Source of the DNA: a virus
Lineage: Duplodnaviria; Caudoviricetes
Length of the DNA stretch: 45,155 nt
Reading direction: 5' to 3' (one strand)
Virus record (IMG/VR): IMGVR_UViG_3300027798_000073
Location: 1 to 45,155 of that record
Both the position numbers and the translations under genes were made by a program. Position 1 is the first letter of the stretch; each line of letters begins with the position of its first letter. This document shows positions 8,599 to 13,607 of the stretch, piece by piece. The notes under the pieces were generated by a model. The model searched no databases. It saw only the letters and a list, made by a program, of their open reading frames with translations, and was not told the DNA's origin.

Positions 8599-8808
8599 TT
8601 ATCTTTCGTCTCGTATTTTTTTCAAATACTCGGTTCCGACTTTACCTTGCTCTACTTCTAGTAGTGCAGTGACACTTGGCCCATGGGTAGTGACTATCTT
8701 GGGTGCGTGGCCACGTTTTAGCTCTCTGACTCTGGTGCTCATGATCAGCACTAGATTAAACAAGCCACCAACTTTTGCTCCTGCTTCTTGCGAGGTTCTA
8801 CCGGGCAT
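8599..8808 (-). CDS. rpoZ: RNA polymerase omega subunit-like protein
   Basis: KVGGLFNLVLIMSTRVREL...SVTALLEVEQGKV aligns by eye with RpoZ (GNRFDLVLVAARRARQ...TVIALREIEEG). Confidence 0.75.
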   Translation of the reverse strand: MPGRTSQEAGAKVGGLFNLVLIMSTRVRELKRGHAPKIVTTHGPSVTALLEVEQGKVGTEYLKKIRDER

Positions 8809-8826
8809 ATAATTCCTTTAAAATTT

Positions 8827-8855
8827 ATTGTAACATTATTTCTACACAAAGTCAA
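8827..8855 (-). promoter_or_regulatory. sigma70-type promoter for the rpoZ-like gene
   Basis: TTGACT-17 nt-TACAAT. Confidence 0.75.
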
Positions 8856-8866
8856 GTACTTATTCA

Positions 8867-8962
8867 TGGCAGAGAGTAAGGGATTCGAACCCTTGAGCCG
8901 GAGTTTTTGCCCCAGCTGTCTTCTTAGCAGGAAGGTGGTTTCAGCCGCTCACCCAACTCTCT
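8867..8962 (-). tRNA. tRNA-Ser(GCT)
   Basis: Long variable arm, loop CTGCTAA, G73, CCA. Confidence 0.9.
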
Positions 8963-8969
8963 ATAAATT

Positions 8970-9043
8970 TGGTGCCCCGTGACAGAATCGAACTGCCAAC
9001 TACTGATTACAAAACAGTTGTTATACCACTTAACTAACAGGGC
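8970..9043 (-). tRNA. tRNA-Thr(TGT)
   Basis: Loop TTTGTAA, CCA. Confidence 0.9.
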
Positions 9044-9047
9044 GTAT

Positions 9048-9137
9048 TGGCGGAAGTAGTAGGATTCGAACCCACGGACCCTTTCGAGCCTTCAGTTTTC
9101 AAGACTGCTGCCTTAAGCCATGCTCAGCCATACTTCC
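9048..9137 (-). tRNA. tRNA-Ser(TGA)
   Basis: Long variable arm, loop CTTGAAA, CCA. Confidence 0.92.
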
Positions 9138-9149
9138 ATAAATTTTTAC

Positions 9150-9224
9150 TGGCCGGTCCGGAGAGATTCGAACTCCCGACGCCTGGTTTCGAAGACCAGC
9201 ACTCTTCCACTGAGCTACGGACCG
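9150..9224 (-). tRNA. tRNA-Arg(TCG)
   Basis: CTGGT-CTTCGAA-ACCAG, CCA. Confidence 0.9.
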
Positions 9225-9229
9225 ATAAC

Positions 9230-9305
9230 TGGTAGTAGAGGTGGGACTCGAACCCACGATAAACAGCGTATGAAGCTGGTGCATTAGCCGCTATGCTACT
9301 CTACT
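9230..9305 (-). tRNA. tRNA-Met(CAT), elongator Met or Ile2
   Basis: Loop TTCATAC, A1:U72 paired, lacks initiator GGG/CCC. Confidence 0.85.
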
Positions 9306-9311
9306 ATAAAC

Positions 9312-9385
9312 TGGTGCTCAAGTACAGAATCGAACTGTCGATTGCTCCTTACCATGGAGCCGTTATGCCACTTAACTACAAGAGC
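9312..9385 (-). tRNA. tRNA-Thr(GGT), partly degenerate
   Basis: GCTCC-ATGGTAA-GGAGC; two U:U acceptor mismatches and one T-stem mismatch. Confidence 0.8.
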
Positions 9386-9386
9386 C

Positions 9387-9462
9387 TGGTGCGTGATGAG
9401 AGATTCGAACTCCCGGCATCCAACGAGTCAAATTGGCACTCTACCAACTGAGTTAATCACGC
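9387..9462 (-). tRNA. tRNA-Val(GAC)
   Basis: CCAAT-TTGACTC-GTTGG, CCA. Confidence 0.88.
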
Positions 9463-9463
9463 A

Positions 9464-9538
9464 TGGTCTCGCCAGGAGGAATCGAACCTCCGTTTTAACC
9501 TTAGGAGTGTTTTGTTCTATCCACTGAACTATAGCGAG
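9464..9538 (-). tRNA. tRNA-Arg(CCT), weak anticodon stem
   Basis: Loop CTCCTAA; only 3 Watson-Crick pairs in the anticodon stem. Confidence 0.8.
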
Positions 9539-9539
9539 C

Positions 9540-9617
9540 TGGTACCCTACCTCTGATTCGAACAGAGAGAACTTCTCCTTTTGAGAGAGATGACTTTACC
9601 AATTTGTCCAGTAGGGC
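9540..9617 (-). tRNA. tRNA-Leu(CAA) without long variable arm
   Basis: TCTCT-CTCAAAA-GGAGA; about 6 nt variable region; A73; CCA. Confidence 0.85.
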
Positions 9618-9623
9618 ATTGTA

Positions 9624-9699
9624 TGGTGCTACCTCCTGGAATCGAACCAGGCACACCCTGCTCTTCAGGCAGGTGCTCTACCAACTGAGCTAAGGTAGC
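9624..9699 (-). tRNA. tRNA-Phe(GAA)
   Basis: CCTGC-CTGAAGA-GCAGG, CCA. Confidence 0.92.
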
Positions 9700-9725
9700 A
9701 TTTGTTTGTTTGGAGTATATTTTCA

Positions 9726-9733
9726 TATAAATA
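9726..9733 (+). promoter_or_regulatory. T4-type late promoter motif
   Basis: Perfect TATAAATA 8 nt before the ATG of the only convincing plus-strand gene. Confidence 0.6.
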
Positions 9734-9741
9734 TTTTTGCT

Positions 9742-10335
9742 ATGAATATGTACTTTCAAAAGTTAGATTTTAAGGTAAGTCCTTGCGACATAGATTTTAC
9801 GACCTTTAAAGGGACTTACGACTATGAATACGGAAATTCAGATTTTACACTTAAATTTTATTTTATTCATGATGATCTGAAAGCTAGAGTAAAACAACTT
9901 TTTTCAAATTTTGTAGAAGTAGCACCCAATCAAATCAGATTTGTTGAAGCCACAGGATCAGAAGGTGCGATTATACCTCCGCACAAAGATCATCTGCTGT
10001 CTAGCATAAACTATTATTTCTGTGCAAGTGGGGCATCTACTCTGTGGTACAAAACAAAAGATGATATTGTGTTTGGCCGGGCAGCAGAATATGAAAGCGA
10101 TCAAATCGACCTACAAGATCAATTTACTGCTGTTAACGGAGACTGTTACCTGTTTAATTCTAACCAGGTGCATTCAGTTATACTAGGGAACGGCACACGA
10201 AGATTCCTACAGATACAGTATGGCACACCATACGATGAGCTGTTTCAAAAACTTGTGACATTTAAAATGGCAGAGGGTAAAGGAATCGAACCTTTAATAG
10301 CGGAATCAAAATCCGCGGTTATACCATTTAACTAA
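9742..10335 (+). CDS. 2OG-Fe(II) oxygenase/cupin-like protein (inverted insertion)
   Basis: IPPHKD...NYY...CYLFNSNQVHSV...RRFLQ (HxD...H...R); start at 9742 or 9748. Confidence 0.7.
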   Translation: MNMYFQKLDFKVSPCDIDFTTFKGTYDYEYGNSDFTLKFYFIHDDLKARVKQLFSNFVEVAPNQIRFVEATGSEGAIIPPHKDHLLSSINYYFCASGASTLWYKTKDDIVFGRAAEYESDQIDLQDQFTAVNGDCYLFNSNQVHSVILGNGTRRFLQIQYGTPYDELFQKLVTFKMAEGKGIEPLIAESKSAVIPFN

Positions 10336-10341
10336 CCCCCA
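10268..10341 (-). tRNA. tRNA-Gln(TTG)
   Basis: GCGGA-TTTTGAT-TCCGC, unpaired 1:72, G73, CCA. Confidence 0.9.
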
Positions 10342-10348
10342 ACAGAAC

Positions 10349-10425
10349 TGGCGCAACCGGAAGGATTTGAACCTCCTACCCCAACGTTCGTAGCGTTGTG
10401 CTCTATCCAAATGAGCTACGGCCGC
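10349..10425 (-). tRNA. tRNA-Arg(ACG)
   Basis: CAACG-CTACGAA-CGTTG, CCA. Confidence 0.92.
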
Positions 10426-10428
10426 AAA

Positions 10429-10926
10429 TTATAAAAGATGTATACCAGCTAATACTTTTTCAAATGATTCATTAAACAGCAGTCGCATCACCAGTCTGGA
10501 TTTACCTACGCCAACGTCAACATTGTGTGGAACATGCGTATTAAGCAAATAGAAGTCGCCAGTCTTTGCAACAAAGGATCCAACTTTTTCTAATTTTTCT
10601 ATAGGAAAGGCAAGCAAGATCGTGTTGTCTATGGATGCTTCATCTTTCCACTTATAAAAAAACGTTTCTTCGCTGTTGGTTTCTAAATAAAAATTTAGTC
10701 CTGTTGGTGTTGTGTCCAGGTGTGGCAGCACGTATCCTGTGACTGCCAACACATGTGCCTCTATGGGCATGATATCAAATTTAACTTTTTCCTTGAGAAG
10801 TTCCCGTACATATCCTATATCAGGAATACTGTATTCCGTGTACACAGATCCATCTGTTGCATACGCAGATCCTAATAGGCGTTTTAGGTCAACATCAAGT
10901 AAAGTTAAATTTATTTTTTGGAACAT
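10429..10926 (-). CDS. 2OG-Fe(II) oxygenase/cupin-like protein, paralog of 9742-10335
   Basis: VLPHLD...LNFYL...FVAKTGDFYLLNTHVPHNV...RLVMR. Confidence 0.7.
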   Translation of the reverse strand: MFQKINLTLLDVDLKRLLGSAYATDGSVYTEYSIPDIGYVRELLKEKVKFDIMPIEAHVLAVTGYVLPHLDTTPTGLNFYLETNSEETFFYKWKDEASIDNTILLAFPIEKLEKVGSFVAKTGDFYLLNTHVPHNVDVGVGKSRLVMRLLFNESFEKVLAGIHLL

Positions 10927-10977
10927 TTCATATCCTTGCTGAAACGTATTTAACTTGTAGATATTGCATAGATTGAA

Positions 10978-11199
10978 TTTGTAAGCCTACGCCGCGTTTA
11001 TCGTAGATTTATTCAGGACTTACCGGCCGCCTAGCCTGACCTCGAGCACGATGGATATCACTTGGGATCCGTCCAGCGTAGTCTCCTTTACAGACCTCCG
11101 CGGTTCCCCGCGGGTGGGAGTTGAACCCATTTGCCTTTTACTGCTTTGGTCCTTCGAAGAAACCTAGACAGCGTGACTTCACTTGCTGACACTTACAAA
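10978..11199 (-). ncRNA. candidate ~220 nt structured RNA
   Basis: Ends pair (TTTGTAAGT/GCTTACAAA); contains T-loop hairpin ATGGG-TTCAACT-CCCAC, CCGCGG-GGAA-CCGCGG and a UUCG-capped stem; no credible ORF. Confidence 0.65.
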
Positions 11200-11202
11200 A
11201 CT

Positions 11203-11280
11203 TGGAGCGGGTAGGGAGAGTCGAACTCCGCGATCTTCAGCTTGGAAGGCTGCTGGTGGCCCCATCACCTGTCTACCCGC
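11203..11280 (-). tRNA. tRNA-Gly(TCC), non-canonical (8/4-like, atypical D-arm)
   Basis: GCGGGTAG/CTACCCGC, GGAG-TTCGACT-CTCC, loop CTTCCAA, U73. Confidence 0.8.
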
Positions 11281-11285
11281 ATATA

Positions 11286-11320
11286 TGGTCGGAGTACAAG
11301 GATTCGAACCTTATACTCTA
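11286..11320 (-). pseudogene. tRNA remnant/minihelix (acceptor + T arm + ACCA only)
   Basis: GAGTATAAGG-TTCGAAT-CCTTGTACTC-CGACCA. Confidence 0.75.
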
Positions 11321-11323
11321 AAT

Positions 11324-11397
11324 TGGTCTCGGTAGCAGGAATCGAACCTACGCTCAAACGTCCCAAACGTCTAGTGATACCATTTCACCATACCGAG
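11324..11397 (-). tRNA. tRNA-Pro(TGG)
   Basis: AGACG-TTTGGGA-CGTTT, C1:G72, CCA. Confidence 0.9.
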
Positions 11398-11406
11398 AAA
11401 ACTAAT

Positions 11407-11480
11407 TGGTAGCTCGTGACAGAATCGAACTGCCGTCTGATCCGTGTAAAGGACCGGCCCTACCATTAGACGAACGAGCT
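11407..11480 (-). tRNA. tRNA-Val(TAC)
   Basis: GGTCC-TTTACAC-GGATC, CCA. Confidence 0.9.
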
Positions 11481-11485
11481 ATATT

Positions 11486-11559
11486 TGGTGGAGGATGGGA
11501 GGATCGAACTCCCATAAACAGCTTGCAAAGCTGCCGTAATCCCATTATACTAATCCCCC
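11486..11559 (-). tRNA. tRNA-Ala(TGC)
   Basis: G3:U70, loop TTTGCAA, CCA. Confidence 0.92.
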
Positions 11560-11568
11560 GGAAACTTT

Positions 11569-11597
11569 ATTGTATGCTAACAGACGTTCACTGTCAA
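11569..11597 (-). promoter_or_regulatory. internal sigma70-type promoter in the tRNA array
   Basis: TTGACA-17 nt-TACAAT just upstream of tRNA-Ala. Confidence 0.75.
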
Positions 11598-11725
11598 CAC
11601 TTTCGGATGATTTGAATTGCTTGTACAACAACATCAAAATTCATGTGCAAGGATTGTGCAATCTGATGCGCATCCAGATTTCTGTCCAACAGCTCTCTTA
11701 CTTGATTGATGATAGTACGTGTCAT
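11594..11725 (-). CDS. 43 aa HTH-like protein
   Basis: Manual translation MTRTIINQVRELLDRNLDAHQIAQSLHMNFDVVVQAIQIIRKC; AAGGAG RBS. Confidence 0.65.
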   Translation of the reverse strand: MTRTIINQVRELLDRNLDAHQIAQSLHMNFDVVVQAIQIIRKC

Positions 11726-11792
11726 TGATGTAACTCCTTGTACTATATACAACGCCTGTGAGTGCCATTGCGTTGACAGCCATGGTCTAAAT

Positions 11793-11866
11793 TGGCGTAC
11801 CCCCAGAGACTCGAACTCCGACGAACGGTTTTGGAGACCGCTATGCTGCCATTACATCAGGGATAC
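11793..11866 (-). tRNA. tRNA-Trp(CCA)
   Basis: GCGGT-CTCCAAA-ACCGT, G73, CCA. Confidence 0.92.
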
Positions 11867-11872
11867 ATTGAT

Positions 11873-11948
11873 TGGCTCCACAGGGTGGGCTCGAACCACC
11901 GACCAAATGATTAACAGTCATCTACTCTACCGACTGAGCTACTGCGGA
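11873..11948 (-). tRNA. tRNA-Asn(GTT)
   Basis: GATGA-CTGTTAA-TCATT, CCA. Confidence 0.93.
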
Positions 11949-11957
11949 ATGAAAAAT

Positions 11958-12032
11958 TGGTTCCGAGGGCAAGATTTGAACTTGCGGCCAATGGCTTATC
12001 AAGCCACTGCTCTACCCCTGAGCTACCCCGGA
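11958..12032 (-). tRNA. tRNA-Ile(GAT)
   Basis: GTGGC-TTGATAA-GCCAT, CCA. Confidence 0.92.
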
Positions 12033-12038
12033 ATAATA

Positions 12039-12121
12039 CCATATAGAAACACACTTCGGATACTGTACTAAACAGAAACTATCCACCACAGGCCATCCTG
12101 CTGAAATGTGTTTTTATATGG
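12039..12121 (-). ncRNA. structured spacer RNA closed by a ~20 bp stem
   Basis: CCATATAAAAACACATTTCAG ... CCGAAGTGTGTTTCTATATGG, enclosing two small hairpins. Confidence 0.6.
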
Positions 12122-12193
12122 TAGGGGCACAGAGAATCGAACTCTGATTAATAGGTTAAAAGCCTACTACTTTAGCCGTTAAGTTATACCCCC
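12119..12193 (-). tRNA. tRNA-Lys(TTT)
   Basis: GTAGG-CTTTTAA-CCTAT, CCA. Confidence 0.92.
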
Positions 12194-12222
12194 GACATCT
12201 TATCACTCTTGTCACTATTCAT
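12184..12222 (-). CDS. 12 aa micro-ORF (MNSDKSDKMSGV) ending inside tRNA-Lys
   Basis: AAAAGGAG RBS 7 nt before ATG. Confidence 0.4.
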   Translation of the reverse strand: MNSDKSDKMSGV

Positions 12223-12246
12223 GACAGATCTCCTTTTAAAATTAAA

Positions 12247-12460
12247 AATGCTCTGCGAACCCCGGTGGTAATTATACCGCATCAGAAATTTGGTCAGGTT
12301 GCCCCAATTAGTCTTTCATCACACACGGCCTCCACCCACTTCCCGACGGGTTCCGTTCTCGCATTGCCAGCGGCCTTTCGGTAAAAAGACTACCACCCTT
12401 GAGAGTCACCTCACTTCTTATCCTGCGGGTCACAGTATCCGCTAACCAAGCGGAACGTTA
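12247..12460 (-). ncRNA. candidate ~210 nt structured RNA
   Basis: TCCGCT/AGCGGA hairpin; long-range pairs TAGTCTTT/AAAGACTA and GGTGGTAGT/ATTACCACC; GAAA and GCAA loops. Confidence 0.6.
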
Positions 12461-12464
12461 GGGA

Positions 12465-12526
12465 GAGAGCCAGGTTGCAGGACCTAGTGCCTCTTGCGAG
12501 GGAAGTATCCAGGCGATATGGCTCTC
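12465..12526 (-). ncRNA. candidate 62 nt structured RNA in the tRNA-Asp trailer
   Basis: GAGAGCCA/TGGCTCTC, GCCTGG/CTAGGT, CCTC-GCAA-GAGG. Confidence 0.55.
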
Positions 12527-12531
12527 AAACT

Positions 12532-12607
12532 TGGCGCCTCGTAGGGGTTTCGATCCCCTTACCTCGACAGTGACAGTGTCGCGCTCTCCCAATTGAGCTA
12601 ACGAAGC
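12532..12607 (-). tRNA. tRNA-Asp(GTC)
   Basis: CGACA-CTGTCAC-TGTCG, G73; T-loop ATCGAAA. Confidence 0.9.
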
Positions 12608-12612
12608 AAATA

Positions 12613-12687
12613 TGGTACACGGTACGGGAATCGAACCCGTCTTACAAACGTGAAAGGCTTGTGTCCTAACCGATAGACGAACCGTGC
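12613..12687 (-). tRNA. tRNA-Glu(TTC)
   Basis: CAAGC-CTTTCAC-GTTTG, CCA. Confidence 0.92.
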
Positions 12688-12699
12688 ATGAAATCTTGT

Positions 12700-12774
12700 T
12701 GGGTTGAAGTACCAGGATCGAACTGGTGATAGCGGAATCACAACCCGCGGTTTTGCCACTAAACTAACCTCAAC
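12700..12774 (-). tRNA. tRNA-His(GTG)
   Basis: G-1:C73, loop TTGTGAT, CCA. Confidence 0.92.
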
Positions 12775-12780
12775 ATTGAA

Positions 12781-12867
12781 TGGTGGAGACGGTAGGAATC
12801 GAACCTACGGTGTTTCTGATGTCACTGATTTACAGTCAGCTGCCTTCGCCGCTCGGCACACATCTCC
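12781..12867 (-). tRNA. tRNA-Tyr(GTA)
   Basis: GCTGA-CTGTAAA-TCAGT, long variable arm, CCA. Confidence 0.92.
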
Positions 12868-13081
12868 ATATTAAAACATACTACAGGAACTCCACAGCAA
12901 TCACAGGACCGTCTCCTGCTAGGTCTGCTTCGTCATTACAGTTCAGCATTGTTCCACCGTGTCATACTTGGGTTTCCCCTCAACTTTCATGCACATGATA
13001 GCGAGCCAGCCCGTCAGCTGGTGTAGTACTCTCTATCATGCACCTAGCGGTGCTGTCAACCTCTAATACATTTTAATATGG
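12866..13081 (-). ncRNA. candidate ~215 nt structured RNA between tRNA-Leu and tRNA-Tyr
   Basis: 18 bp closing stem CCATATTAAAATGTATTA/TAGTATGTTTTAATATGG; nested ACAGCA/TGCTGT, GCTAGGT/ACCTAGC, CATGATAG/CTATCATG, CCAGCT/GGCTGG, GGG-GAAA-CCC, CAGGA/TCCTG. Confidence 0.7.
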
Positions 13082-13162
13082 TGCTCCGGGTCAGACTCGA
13101 ACTGACACACACAAGGTACTGGCTTCTAAGACCAGCGCGGCTACCAATTACGCCACCGGAGC
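13079..13162 (-). tRNA. tRNA-Leu(TAG)
   Basis: CTGGT-CTTAGAA-GCCAG, long variable arm, CCA. Confidence 0.92.
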
Positions 13163-13177
13163 AAATGTTACAACAAA

Positions 13178-13190
13178 TTGTAAAAGAACC
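13178..13190 (-). promoter_or_regulatory. boxA-like antitermination element
   Basis: GGTTCTTTTACAA versus rrn boxA TGCTCTTTAACAA; 15 nt before the first tRNA; preceded by two hairpins. Confidence 0.55.
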
Positions 13191-13250
13191 ATGTTCGTCT
13201 GCATGGATATGCAGTGTTATTAGCAACACGATGTTTGCTACAGTTCCACA

Positions 13251-13278
13251 AGTATAACATCATTTGGATAAATGTCAA
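13251..13278 (-). promoter_or_regulatory. sigma70-type promoter upstream of the first tRNA
   Basis: TTGACA-16 nt-TATACT with extended -10 TG. Confidence 0.65.
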
Positions 13279-13378
13279 TTACTTTTTTCAACTGTTGTAA
13301 AAATACTACACTGGTGTTTGCGTCCGCAACCTGCCGCCTGGCGATTCACAGTCGCTTAGGCTTGGCCATCCAATGTAG

Positions 13379-13453
13379 ATAGTAAAGTGCTCTACATGAG
13401 CATGAGCCCACTGGTCACCTTGCTTGTGACAAGGCTAGAGAACACTTTACTAT
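13379..13453 (-). ncRNA. structured RNA element closed by a ~15 bp stem
   Basis: ATAGTAAAGTGTTCT...AGAGCACTTTACTAT enclosing AGCC/GGCT and GTCAC/GTGAC stems. Confidence 0.55.
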
Positions 13454-13570
13454 AACTGGATTTTACACATCAGCGTTGTCGCCACTGACTTACCATCCCC
13501 AGTTCCGCCCACATTAAGCCCATGTTTTGAGTGCAGGCAGGGTCGCGTTCCCTCACACTTTCTAACTTTT

Positions 13571-13607
13571 AAAAACAAAAAACCCCAGGGTTTTTAATCC
13601 TAGGGTC
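13571..13607 (-). terminator. intrinsic terminator of the attenuator
   Basis: GACCCTAGG-ATTAAAAAC-CCTGGGGTT followed by TTTTGTTTTT. Confidence 0.85.

Noticed and set aside
11742-11770. sigma54 promoter (TGGCAC...TTG) upstream of the small HTH gene
   Set aside because: Spacing between TGGCAC and TTG does not match the -24/-12 consensus
12465-12526. tRNA-associated HDV-like (theta) ribozyme
   Set aside because: The 5' strand pairs with the extreme 3' end rather than forming the nested double pseudoknot; no matching J4/2
8516-12998. Short ORFs such as 8516-8812, 8788-8982, 9047-9235, 9099-9284, 9342-9527, 9547-9759, 11406-11615, 11706-12071, 12780-12998
   Set aside because: They are translations of tRNA genes or their antisense (GFEP/RIEL patterns from T-arms)
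10978-13560. tmRNA, RNase P RNA or group I/II intron identity for the structured spacers
   Set aside because: No Ala-type acceptor with tag ORF, no RNase P P4 consensus and no convincing intron core recognised by eye; a covariance search is still needed
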